Origin: an uncultured Actinomycetota bacterium
Lineage (GTDB): Bacteria; Actinomycetota; Actinomycetes; Propionibacteriales; Nocardioidaceae
Reading direction: 5' to 3'
DNA: 64,000 nucleotides
NCBI GenBank assembly: GCA_963826155.1
Contig: CAWGVX010000002.1
Span: forward strand, 455,814 to 519,813
Position 1 is the stretch's first letter. Each line of letters starts with the position of its first letter. Positions 18,445 to 27,305 of the stretch are shown here, in pieces. The notes beneath the pieces are model-generated. The model saw only the letters and a program-made list of their open reading frames with translations. It did no database searches and was not told the DNA's origin. Both the position numbers and the translations under genes were made by a program.

Positions 18445-19601
18445 GGGGCGGAGAGGGCGTCGTACAGCGCGGCGGGCGGCACGGCGCCGACCGCGACCCG
18501 CCCGTCGTCGGTCAGCACGGCCGAGAACAGCGTGCCCGCCAGGACGTGGCCGCTGCCCCACGACCCGGAGACGGACGGCAGCGTCCGCAGCAGGGACGGC
18601 AGCGAGGTGCCGGCCGGGCCGCCGGAGGTGTCGGGGGTGCCCGCGCCGGCGGTGTCCGCGGCGCCCTGCGGCAGCTGCGCGACGAGCACGGAGGTCCAGC
18701 CGGAGCCGACGACCTGCGGCTTCGCCGTGCCGCCGGGAGCCGAGGGGTGGGCGTCCCTGCCCGACGACGTCCCCGGGGTCATCACGTCGGCCAGGGAGTG
18801 CTGGGTGACCGTGGCGCCCGGGGGCGGGCTGAAGTCGAAGACCGACGAGGACGGCGCGGTCGGGTCGAAGGAGGTGAAGCCCACCTCGAACGCCGGCGAG
18901 GACGCGCCCCGGGCGAAGACCTGCACCCGGGTCGGGACATGGGTCGCGCCGTCGATCGCGATCCGGATCGACCCGATGAGGGTGCCGGAGTCGCGCGGCT
19001 GCAGCTCCAGCTGGTAGGCCGGGCGCCCGGCCACCACGGCGGTGGGGTCGGTGCTGACCGCGGTGGTCGGGTCGATCGCCTGCAGGGCCTGCTTCGCCGC
19101 CTGTGGGGGCGTCAGCGCCTGGTCGGGGGTCGGCGGCCCCGTCGGGCCGCTGCCGGACGTGCCGGAGTCGTGGGCGGGCAGCGTGACGTGGGTGGCGGCG
19201 TTCTTCGCGCTGGACCAGGTCCACAGGTCGGTGCCGTTGCGGACCAGGTCGGACTCGCCGAACTGGCCGAGCAGCGCGATCCGCAGCTGCTGCGGATCGG
19301 CGGCCCAGACCCGCATCGTGTGCGAGCCCGACACCAGCGAGGAGAACTCCGCACTGTTGCCGCCGGCGACGCCCGGCAGGGCGGGCAGGCCCAGGTCGCT
19401 GGTCTGCTGGACGGTGCCGGAGAGGCCGTCGAGGTGGGCCTTCTGCACGTCGACCAGCAGCTGGGCGGCCGTGCGCGGGGCCAGCGAAGCCCGGGCGGTC
19501 GCCGTCACCGCGGAGACGATCGAGCCGGCGCTGACGAGCAGCACGCCGGCCGCCAGTGGGACGAGCCACCGCAGTGCGGGGCGTCGGGTGAGCGTGGTCA
19601 C
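18441..19601 (-). CDS. LolA-like (DUF2092-type) secreted protein
   Basis: Signal/TM segment; DLGLPALP, HTMRVW, VAGRPAYQLELQPRD, IAIDGATHVPTRVQV, GTLFSAVLTDDGRVAVGAV. Confidence 0.75.
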   Translation of the reverse strand: MTTLTRRPALRWLVPLAAGVLLVSAGSIVSAVTATARASLAPRTAAQLLVDVQKAHLDGLSGTVQQTSDLGLPALPGVAGGNSAEFSSLVSGSHTMRVWAADPQQLRIALLGQFGESDLVRNGTDLWTWSSAKNAATHVTLPAHDSGTSGSGPTGPPTPDQALTPPQAAKQALQAIDPTTAVSTDPTAVVAGRPAYQLELQPRDSGTLIGSIRIAIDGATHVPTRVQVFARGASSPAFEVGFTSFDPTAPSSSVFDFSPPPGATVTQHSLADVMTPGTSSGRDAHPSAPGGTAKPQVVGSGWTSVLVAQLPQGAADTAGAGTPDTSGGPAGTSLPSLLRTLPSVSGSWGSGHVLAGTLFSAVLTDDGRVAVGAVPPAALYDALSAP

Positions 19602-19707
19602 ACCACCATGGTGCCTCGGGGCCGGGCAGACGCGGCTGAGAAATCGCTGTGCATCGGTCGTCCGCGTGAGCGGGTGCCCTACCTGCCGCTGGTGCGGACG
19701 ACCCGGG

Positions 19708-20067
19708 TCAGCTCAGGCAGAGGCAGAACGGGTGCCCGGCGGGGTCGAGGAAGACCCGGAAGGTGGTGCCCGGCTGGTGCCCGGCCTTGGTGGCACCGAG
19801 CTCGAGCACGGCCGCCTCGCCGCGGTCGAGGTCCTCGACCACCACGTCGAGGTGCACCTGCTGGGGCACGTCCTGGCCGGGCCAGACCGGCGCGCGGTAG
19901 TCGGCGACCTGCTGGAAGGAGATGCAGCCGCTGCCGTCCTCGGGCCGGATCTCCACCCATTCGTCCTCGGTCGTGACCTGCCAGCCGAGGAGGGCGGCGT
20001 AGAAGGACGCCAGTGTGCCGGCGTCGGGGCAGTCGAGCACGAAGCTCGGAAACTTGGCGATGGCCAT
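19708..20067 (-). CDS. VOC/glyoxalase family protein
   Basis: VLDCPDAGTLASFYAALLGW, QQVHLDVVV, FRVFLDPAGHPFCL. Confidence 0.9.
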   Translation of the reverse strand: MAIAKFPSFVLDCPDAGTLASFYAALLGWQVTTEDEWVEIRPEDGSGCISFQQVADYRAPVWPGQDVPQQVHLDVVVEDLDRGEAAVLELGATKAGHQPGTTFRVFLDPAGHPFCLCLS

Positions 20068-20183
20068 GGGCACACGCTAGGACGGCGCGCCGACGGCCCG
20101 CCACCGAGCCGGTGACCGGCGCGGGCAGGATGGGCCCCCGCCAGCAGTGAGCCACCAGTGAGCCATCAGTGAGAGGAGCCGTT

Positions 20184-21218
20184 GTGCGCGCCGTGGTCTT
20201 CGACGCCTACGGGCAGCTGCCCGGGGTCCGGTCCGTCCCCGAGCCCGACTGCCCGAACGGGGCGGTCGTGGTCGCCGTCCGGGCCACCGGCGTGTGCCGC
20301 TCGGACTGGCACGCCTGGCGCGGGCACGACCCGGTGACGCTGCCGCACGTGCCGGGCCACGAGCTCGCCGGCGAGGTGGTGCGGGTCGGCGAGGGCGTAC
20401 GCCGGGTGGCGGTCGGCGACCGGGTCACCGCGCCGTTCGTGTGCGGCTGCGGGACGTGTGAGCTCTGCCTGGCCGGCGACGCGCAGGTCTGCCCGGAGCA
20501 GTACCAGCCCGGCTTCACCGGCCCGGGGTCGTTCGCCGAGCAGGTGATGGTCCCGGCCGCGGACACCAACGTGGTGCGGCTGCCCGACGGGCTCGGCTTC
20601 GTGGAGGCGGCCGCGCTCGGCTGCCGCTTCGCGACCGCGTTCCGTGCGGTGCAGGCGCACGGGCGGGTCCAGCCGGGCCAGTGGCTCGCGGTGTGGGGCT
20701 GTGGCGGCGCGGGCCTCTCCGCGGTGATGGTCGGCCGGGCGCTGGGCGCGCGGGTGGTGGCCCTCGACCTGTCCGCGGCCGCGCTGGAGCAGGCCACCCG
20801 GCTGGGCGCCGAGGTCGCGGTCGACGCCGGGGACCTCGCGACCGCCGTCGAGCGGGTTCGTGCGACCACTGGTGGCGGCGCGCACGTCGGCGTCGATGCG
20901 ATCGGCTCACCCGGCGTGGCCGCTGCCTCGGTCCGGTCGCTGCGCCGCCGGGGACGCCACGTGCAGGTCGGGCTGCTGCTGGGCGAGCACGCGCTCACCG
21001 CGCTGCCGATGGACCGGGTGGTCGCCCACGAGCTGGAGGTGATCGGCTCCCACGGGATGGCCGCGACCGACTATCCCGCGATGCTCGACCTGGTCACGCG
21101 GGGCGACCTGGACCCGAGCGCGCTGGTCGCCCGGGTCGTGGCGCTCGAGGAGGCGGGCCCCGCCCTGGCCGCGATGGACCACCCGGGCCCGCCCGGGGTC
21201 ACGGTCGTCGTCCCCTGA
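20184..21218 (+). CDS. Zinc-dependent alcohol dehydrogenase (MDR family)
   Basis: GVCRSDWH, GHE, CGCGTCELC...C, GCGGAG. Confidence 0.92.
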   Translation: MRAVVFDAYGQLPGVRSVPEPDCPNGAVVVAVRATGVCRSDWHAWRGHDPVTLPHVPGHELAGEVVRVGEGVRRVAVGDRVTAPFVCGCGTCELCLAGDAQVCPEQYQPGFTGPGSFAEQVMVPAADTNVVRLPDGLGFVEAAALGCRFATAFRAVQAHGRVQPGQWLAVWGCGGAGLSAVMVGRALGARVVALDLSAAALEQATRLGAEVAVDAGDLATAVERVRATTGGGAHVGVDAIGSPGVAAASVRSLRRRGRHVQVGLLLGEHALTALPMDRVVAHELEVIGSHGMAATDYPAMLDLVTRGDLDPSALVARVVALEEAGPALAAMDHPGPPGVTVVVP

Positions 21219-21358
21219 CCTGCCCTGGCCGGTGCGGCCCGGTTGGTGGTCGAACGTTCGTCCACCAACGGGACCCATCCGCCTGAGCGTGGATCCAGGC
21301 TGGGGATCGGTCGCCGGCGGGGGTTGTCGCCCAGGAGCGTGGTGCCTGGGTTCGGCCC

Positions 21359-21592
21359 ATGACCGACTTCGTCATCCGGGAGTGGAACCTCCGGCCCTGT
21401 CGCGGGGACCAGGCACGGCTGCACGTCGTACGGGCCGGATCGGCGCACACCTTCGCCACCGTCGGCGACGAGGGCGCGCGCGTCCTGTGCGTGATGACCC
21501 CGGAGATCGACGCGCTGGTGCGGCGGCTCCACGACCCGGACGTCGAGGACCTCGCGGCCGTGTGGACCGATCACCACTCGTCCCTGGTGTGA
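21359..21592 (+). pseudogene. Short cupin-like ORF, apparently missing the cupin core
   Basis: Keeps the N-terminal and HTFATV...VLCVMTPEIDAL parts but is only 77 aa and lacks the HxHxxxxE motif. Confidence 0.5.
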
Positions 21593-21623
21593 CCGCGCCG
21601 GCGTCGGCCGACCCCGGGCGGAC

Positions 21624-22418
21624 CTACGACCGCTTGGCCACCAGCTCCACGAGCACGCCGTCGGGGCCACGCACGACGGCGTTGCGGTTGCCGTTGCCCG
21701 CGTCGTGCGGCGCCGCCACCGCGGGCGCGCCGCCGTCGGTGACCTGCTGCCAGGTGGCGTCGACGTCGTCGACCCAGAAGACCAGCGTCATCGCCGGCGC
21801 CCCGACCTCGGCGTCCAGCCCGTGCACGCGCCGGGCGGCCTCCGCGGTGCTGATCGCGAGCACGAAGCCACCGGCCTCCATCTCGACGTGCTCGGGAGTG
21901 CCCTCGCGGGGAGTCCTGAACGTCTCCGGCAGCCCCAGCACACCCTGGTAGAACGCGACGGCCGCCTCGATGTCGTGGGTGAAGACGTTGACCAGTCCCG
22001 AGGTGACCATGGGCACAGGCTGGCCCGCCGCGGCGGGCGCGTCGGACGAGCTGAGCTGGGCGGCCATCAGCAGGTTGCCGTCGGGGTCGCGGAAGGTGGC
22101 GAAGCGGAGGCTGCCGATGTCCTCCACGGGCGACACCTCCGTGGCACCGATCGCGCCGACGTGGGCGACCGTGGCGTCGAGGTCCTCGGTGAGGAAGAAG
22201 CAGCGCGCCGGGCCGGAGGCCACGAAGTCCGGCTGGTTGGCGTCCAGGCAGAGGTACGGCGGTGCGTCGGTGGGGATGTCGAAGATCGTGTCCCCGTGGC
22301 CGAGGCGGCCGGTGTCGGCGTCGAAGCCGAAGAGGCGCGCGTACCACGCCACCGCCGCCGGCATGTCCCGGACCGGGATGAAGACCTGCCCGACGCGGGT
22401 GCTCAGAGGGCTGCTCAC
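21624..22418 (-). CDS. Tandem VOC/glyoxalase domain protein
   Basis: Two VOC domains: QVFIPVRDMPAAVAWY...FRDPDGNLL and NVFTHDIEAAVAFY...RGPDGVLVEL. Confidence 0.85.
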   Translation of the reverse strand: MSSPLSTRVGQVFIPVRDMPAAVAWYARLFGFDADTGRLGHGDTIFDIPTDAPPYLCLDANQPDFVASGPARCFFLTEDLDATVAHVGAIGATEVSPVEDIGSLRFATFRDPDGNLLMAAQLSSSDAPAAAGQPVPMVTSGLVNVFTHDIEAAVAFYQGVLGLPETFRTPREGTPEHVEMEAGGFVLAISTAEAARRVHGLDAEVGAPAMTLVFWVDDVDATWQQVTDGGAPAVAAPHDAGNGNRNAVVRGPDGVLVELVAKRS

Positions 22419-22455
22419 GCCGCAGAGGCTAACCGCCGGCCCCGACGGCCGGCGA

Positions 22456-22815
22456 TCACGAGGTCCGCGGTTGCGGCTTGAAGCGGCGGACCTCCTGGGG
22501 CCAGCCGCAGGCCTCCGCGACCTTGCCGGCCCACATCCTGGCGGCCGCCTCGTCGGCGACGTCCACCACGGTGAGCCCGCCCAGGAACTCCTTGGTCTCG
22601 ACGTAGGGCCCGTCGGTGAAGGCCAGCGTGCCGCTGGTCGCGTCCGCGCTGAAGGCCGTGTCGACCTCCTCGTCCAGCCCCCCGGCGAAGACGTACACGC
22701 CCGCGGCCTTCATCTCGTCCAGGACCGCCATGGCGAGCGGCGCGCGGCCTCGGAACCACTCCTCGGTGTGGTCGCCCACCCACTGCTGGTTGAAGAAGAT
22801 GAGGTACTCGGTCAT
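22456..22815 (-). CDS. YciI/DGPF family protein
   Basis: FTDGPYVETKEFLGGLTVVDV, EVRRF. Confidence 0.88.
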   Translation of the reverse strand: MTEYLIFFNQQWVGDHTEEWFRGRAPLAMAVLDEMKAAGVYVFAGGLDEEVDTAFSADATSGTLAFTDGPYVETKEFLGGLTVVDVADEAAARMWAGKVAEACGWPQEVRRFKPQPRTS

Positions 22816-22967
22816 GGCTGCTCCTCCTGCTCCGGCGGACCCGGTGGCCCGCGTTCACCTGCTCCACGAACGGCCACAGGTGGATCCGACACGATCATGC
22901 AGGGAATCTCACGCGCGAGGGAGCCCGCCGAAGCCGTGGGGGCATGGGCCGCAGCCGGCTACTGCCG

Positions 22968-23852
22968 CTACTGCCGGTCCGGGTGGTCCTCGCGGTCGGA
23001 GGCCGCCTGGGTCCGGTCCGCCGCGGCGTCCTCCCGGTCGTGCTCGGCCGCCGTGCGGTCCTTCGCGGCATGCTCCCGGTCCTGCTCGGCCGCGGCCCGG
23101 TCGCGGCTGGCCAGGAAGCGGTCCTCCTCCGCGTCGGACAGGCCGGTCCGGATCCGGTCGAGCATCTCGATGAGGTAGGCCCGGTCCGCGGCCGCGGCGT
23201 CGCGGTCCCTGCCGCTCATCGTCCGGTCGGCGGCGGCATCGGCCCGGTCGCGAGTGTCGTGCGGACCAGCGGGGCTGCGGTCCTCGGCCGCGGTGTCGCG
23301 TTCCTCGGCCCTGCGGTCTCGGCCCTCGGCGCGCAGGTCCCGCTGGTCGGAGCGTTGCACGAGGTCGGCGATGCCTCGGTGGTCCGCGGCGCGGCCGGGA
23401 CGGGAGGCGCGCGCCGGACGGGAAGCGTGCCGGTCGCGGGCATCGGCGTCGCGGTCCCTGCGATCGGAGTCGCGGTCGCGGTCGTCCGCGGTCCGGTCGC
23501 GCGCCTCGGCCCTCCGGTCCCGGGCGTCGGCGGAGCGGTCACGCGCATCGGCGGCCAGGTCGATGGACTCCCGCCTGGCCGCGGCCTCGTCCCGTGCGGC
23601 CCGGCCCTGCTCGCGGGCGGCTGCGGCACGCGCTCGCGCACCAGCCGCCTCGTCGCGCAGCTCGGCGTCCCGGTCGCGCTGGCTCGATGGCCGCGCCGGA
23701 CCCGCCGTACGCCGAGCCTCGGCCGCGCGCTCGCGCTCGTCGGCGATCCGGTCACGCTCGTCGGCGATCCGGTCGCGTTGGTCCGCGACGCCGTCGCGCT
23801 GCCCGCGTCGATCCGGGTGCTCGGCATCGGGGCCGGCACCTGGCTGCTCCAT
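22968..23852 (-). CDS. Asp/Arg/Ala-rich heptad-repeat (coiled-coil) protein
   Basis: ADERDRI-type heptads; strong GC3 bias in this frame; ATG after GAGCGTGAC. Confidence 0.6.
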   Translation of the reverse strand: MEQPGAGPDAEHPDRRGQRDGVADQRDRIADERDRIADERERAAEARRTAGPARPSSQRDRDAELRDEAAGARARAAAAREQGRAARDEAAARRESIDLAADARDRSADARDRRAEARDRTADDRDRDSDRRDRDADARDRHASRPARASRPGRAADHRGIADLVQRSDQRDLRAEGRDRRAEERDTAAEDRSPAGPHDTRDRADAAADRTMSGRDRDAAAADRAYLIEMLDRIRTGLSDAEEDRFLASRDRAAAEQDREHAAKDRTAAEHDREDAAADRTQAASDREDHPDRQ

Positions 23853-24011
23853 GTCACGCTCACTGGGCAACTGTGACCACCGCCGGCCAGCCTAGCGCCC
23901 CGACCGGGTCCCGACCATGGCCGGAACGCACCACCGGGCCGGCCCTGCGGCTGCTCCCGGGGCTGTTGTTGGGTGCCGCTGGGGGGCATAGTGGGGTGCA
24001 CGAGGGGAGAG

Positions 24012-24431
24012 GTGCGTCCTCCGGGGTCCACGCCCGAGGTGGTGCTTGCGAACGTGATCGACAAGTTGCGGCTCGAGCACGACATCCGGTCGCCGGGACG
24101 GGCCAGGCACTGGATCGTGCAGCGCTGCCACGCGTGGGACTGTGACGGGCTCGCCGACCACGCCGCGCTCCTGACCAGCGAGCTGGTGACGAACGTCTTC
24201 CTGCACGCCCGCACCGACTGCCTGGTCGAGGCCGCCTTCGAGCCCCCGACGCTGACCGTGAGCGTCACCGACGGGGACGTCCACGACGTGTCCCCGCAGT
24301 CGCCGGGCACCGGCGCAGAGGCCGGACGCGGACTCGCCATCATCGCCGCATTGGCCGACGCCTGGGGGGTGGAGCACGGCGAGGGCACCAAGAGCGTCTG
24401 GTTCGACCTCGGGGGCCAGGCGTCGCGGTGA
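24012..24431 (+). CDS. Anti-sigma factor-type ATP-binding protein (RsbW-like HATPase_c)
   Basis: LLTSELVTNVFLHA, VSVTDG, GRGLAIIAALADAWGV, KSVWFDL; start approximate. Confidence 0.85.
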   Translation: MRPPGSTPEVVLANVIDKLRLEHDIRSPGRARHWIVQRCHAWDCDGLADHAALLTSELVTNVFLHARTDCLVEAAFEPPTLTVSVTDGDVHDVSPQSPGTGAEAGRGLAIIAALADAWGVEHGEGTKSVWFDLGGQASR

Positions 24432-24485
24432 CGGCGCGGTCACGCGGTCTCGGTGGCCGCTCGGGTTCGTCGCGAGGTGCTGCTG

Positions 24486-24839
24486 TCAGTCATCGGCGTG
24501 GTGATCCGGCGCGTGTGGCTCCAGATAGCTCACTGCCACCCCGCGCGATCGCGCGTGCTCGATCTCGCGGCGGGTGCTTTCCCCGACGTGGTCGCCCACG
24601 TTGACGATGAGGACCTCATCCGCCATCGCGACCTTCTGCAGGTGTATCCGGCCGAGCCGTGCGCGTTCCTCCGCGTTGAGCTCCCTGGACGGAGCCATGG
24701 TGGTCGGGGTCAGCACCACGTGTCCGGCGAGCGTCAGCTCGGCGTCAAGCCGCTCGAACTCGTCACGGAATCGCATGGAGCCGCAGAGCGTGATGACGGT
24801 GAACTCATCGGGCGCGGCGCGCGGCTCCCCCAGTGGCAC
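24486..24839 (-). CDS. Conserved hypothetical protein, nucleoside-deoxyribosyltransferase-like fold
   Basis: VITLCGSMRF...HLQKVAMADEVLIVNVGDHVGESTRREIEHA (G-S...E pattern). Confidence 0.65.
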   Translation of the reverse strand: MPLGEPRAAPDEFTVITLCGSMRFRDEFERLDAELTLAGHVVLTPTTMAPSRELNAEERARLGRIHLQKVAMADEVLIVNVGDHVGESTRREIEHARSRGVAVSYLEPHAPDHHADD

Positions 24840-24989
24840 CGGACGAGGCTAACGCCCGGACCAGGCGTCCGAGCGGAACCGAGCTCTCGTCGCCGAGTGG
24901 CCTCGGACCCGTGTACGTGCTCCGCCAGGCACTGCTGGTGGCGGTCCGCGTCACACACGGTGGCAGGACGGCGCCACTACCGTGACCGC

Positions 24990-25325
24990 ATGGTGTCCTT
25001 CATCAAGTCGGTGACATTTGACTGTCGAGAACCCATGCTCGTCGCGGCGTTCTGGGCGGAGGCGCTCGGGTCGAACGTGGATGAGGACAGCACCGTCGAC
25101 CGGGCATGGGTCGAACCGGCGGGCTGGGGAGGACCGAGCCTCTGGTTCGTCAAGGTTCCTGAGGAGAAGGTCGCGAAGAACCGCCAGCACTTCGATCTAC
25201 GTCCGGCCGCCGATCCGGCGTCAGAAGTCGGACGCCTGGTCGCCCTTGGAGCTCGCGTGCTTCGTGAAGAGGCGGGTCTCGTCGTGATGGCGGACCCAGA
25301 GGGCAACGAGTTCTGCGTCGAGTAG
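24990..25325 (+). CDS. VOC/glyoxalase family protein
   Basis: VTFDCREP...AAFWAEALG, KNRQHFDL, MADPEGNEFCV. Confidence 0.88.
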   Translation: MVSFIKSVTFDCREPMLVAAFWAEALGSNVDEDSTVDRAWVEPAGWGGPSLWFVKVPEEKVAKNRQHFDLRPAADPASEVGRLVALGARVLREEAGLVVMADPEGNEFCVE

Positions 25326-25333
25326 ACCCGGAC

Positions 25334-25360
25334 GAGGAAGGGGCCACGTGGCCCCTCCTC
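25334..25360. terminator. Palindrome between convergent genes, putative bidirectional terminator
   Basis: Perfect 18-bp palindrome AGGGGCCACGTGGCCCCT (25339-25356) extended by GAGG/CCTC. Confidence 0.5.
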
Positions 25361-25370
25361 GCAGCAGTGG

Positions 25371-26021
25371 TCAGGCGGTCTCGGGGAACCTGACGCCGGT
25401 GTTGGCGTGGCAGCGGTAGCCGTTCGGGTTCTTCGCGAGGTACTGCTGGTGCAGGTCCTCGGCGTAGTAGTACGTCGGCACCGGCCGGATCTCGGTGGTG
25501 ATGTCGCCGAGGCGCCGTCGGCGCAGCTCCGCGCCGTACACCTCGGTCAGCTCGCGCGCCACCTGCTCCTGCTCCGGTGTCGTGTAGTAGATCGCCGAGC
25601 GGTACTGCGTGCCGACGTCGTTGCCCTGGCGCATGCCCTGGGTCGGGTCGTGCACCTCGAAGAACTGCTTGACCAGGTCGGCGTAGGCGACCTTGGTGGG
25701 GTCGTAGACCACCCGCACGGCCTCGGTGTGGTTGGTCCGGCCGGTGCAGACCTCCTCGTACGACGGGTTCGGGGTCGTGCCGCCGGCGTACCCGACAGAG
25801 GTGGACCACACCCCGGGGACCTGCCAGAAGACCTCCTCGGCCCCCCAGAAGCAGCCCAGGCCGAAGACCGCGACCTCGTAGCCCGCGGGCGCCTCGTCGG
25901 TGACCAGCGGGGTGCCGAGGACGCGGTGCTTGTCGGCGAGGTGGAACGTGCGCTCGCTGCGGCCGGGCAGGGCCTGGTCGGGCGCGACGAGCTCGGACTT
26001 GTGGCGGCTGAAGATGGACAC
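25371..26021 (-). CDS. msrA: Peptide-methionine (S)-S-oxide reductase
   Basis: GCFWG, SYEEVCTG, HDPTQGMRQGNDVGTQYRS, YYAEDLHQQYL. Confidence 0.97.
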   Translation of the reverse strand: MSIFSRHKSELVAPDQALPGRSERTFHLADKHRVLGTPLVTDEAPAGYEVAVFGLGCFWGAEEVFWQVPGVWSTSVGYAGGTTPNPSYEEVCTGRTNHTEAVRVVYDPTKVAYADLVKQFFEVHDPTQGMRQGNDVGTQYRSAIYYTTPEQEQVARELTEVYGAELRRRRLGDITTEIRPVPTYYYAEDLHQQYLAKNPNGYRCHANTGVRFPETA

Positions 26022-26123
26022 GTCACTCCTCGGGTCTGGGGGCGTTCACCAGTCTGCAACAACGGGGGAGCCCGGCGCGTTCCCGGTCCACGCGCCGTCC
26101 GGCCGGGTCGGTAGCCTCGGCCC

Positions 26124-27287
26124 ATGAGCGAGCAGCAGCACCGACAGAAGTCCGGCTTCGAGACGCGTGCGATCCACGCGGGCTACGAGCCGGACCCGAC
26201 GACGGGCGCGGTGATCCCGCCCATCTACGCCACCTCGACCTACAAGCAGGACGGCGTCGGCGGGCTGCGCGGCGGCTACGAGTACAGCCGCTCGGCCAAC
26301 CCGACCCGCACCGCGCTCGAGGGCGCGCTGGCGGCGCTGGAGGAGGGCGAGCGCGGCTTCGCGTTCGCCTCCGGCCTCGCCGCCGAGGACACCCTGGTCC
26401 GGTCGGTCTGCCGGCCCGGCGACCACGCGGTCATCCCCGACGACGCGTACGGCGGCACCTTCCGGCTCTTCGACAAGGTCGAGAAGGTGTGGGGGCTCGA
26501 GCACAGCCCCGCCGCGGTCTCCGACGTCGACGCGGTCCGCGCCGCGATCCGCCCGGGGCAGACGAAGCTGGTGTGGGTCGAGACTCCGACCAACCCGCTG
26601 CTGAACATCGGCGACATCGAGGCGCTCGCCGCGGTCGCCCACGACGCCGGCGCGCTGCTGGTCGTCGACAACACCTTCGCCTCGCCGTACCTCCAGCAGC
26701 CGCTCACCCTCGGCGCCGACGTGGTGCTGCACTCCACGACGAAGTACTGCGGCGGCCACTCCGACGTGGTCGGCGGCGCGATGGTGGTCCGCGACCTCGA
26801 CCTGGCCGAGCAGGTGGCCTTCCACCAGAACTCCATGGGCGCGGTGCCCGGCCCGTTCGACGCGTTCCTCACCCACCGCGGCCTGAAGACCCTCGGCGTG
26901 CGGATGGACCGGCACTGCGACAACGCCGAGCGGGTCGTGGAGTTCCTCACCGCCCACCCCTCGGTGCACCAGGTCATCTACCCCGGCCTCGAGGAGCACC
27001 CCGGCCACCGGGTGGCCGCGAAGCAGATGAAGCGGTTCGGCGGCATGGTCTCCTTCCGCGTCACCGGCGGCGAGGCCCAGGCGCTCGCGGTGTGCGAGGG
27101 GGCCGAGGTGTTCACGCTCGGGGAGTCCCTCGGCGGCGTCGAGTCGCTCATCGAGCACCCCGGCCGGATGACCCACGCCAGCGTCGCCGGCACCGACCTC
27201 GAGGTGCCCGCCGACCTGATCCGCCTCAGCGTCGGGATCGAGACCGCCGACGACCTGGTCGCCGACCTCGACCGTGCCCTCGCCTGA
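26124..27287 (+). CDS. metB: Cystathionine gamma-synthase / gamma-lyase
   Basis: YEYSRSANPTR, VETPTNP, DNTFASP, HSTTKY PLP lysine, LGESLGGVESL. Confidence 0.9.
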   Translation: MSEQQHRQKSGFETRAIHAGYEPDPTTGAVIPPIYATSTYKQDGVGGLRGGYEYSRSANPTRTALEGALAALEEGERGFAFASGLAAEDTLVRSVCRPGDHAVIPDDAYGGTFRLFDKVEKVWGLEHSPAAVSDVDAVRAAIRPGQTKLVWVETPTNPLLNIGDIEALAAVAHDAGALLVVDNTFASPYLQQPLTLGADVVLHSTTKYCGGHSDVVGGAMVVRDLDLAEQVAFHQNSMGAVPGPFDAFLTHRGLKTLGVRMDRHCDNAERVVEFLTAHPSVHQVIYPGLEEHPGHRVAAKQMKRFGGMVSFRVTGGEAQALAVCEGAEVFTLGESLGGVESLIEHPGRMTHASVAGTDLEVPADLIRLSVGIETADDLVADLDRALA

Positions 27288-27305
27288 GCGTCGAGACCCA
27301 GTGAG

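Noticed and set aside
17146-19976. Long plus-strand ORFs (623, 476 and 357 aa)
   Set aside because: Antisense to the well-supported ABC/LolA-like operon; Arg/Gly/Pro-rich artefacts.
10760-25325. High density of VOC/glyoxalase genes
   Set aside because: The genes are scattered and mutually divergent, which is normal paralog richness for soil actinobacteria; no evidence of one system.
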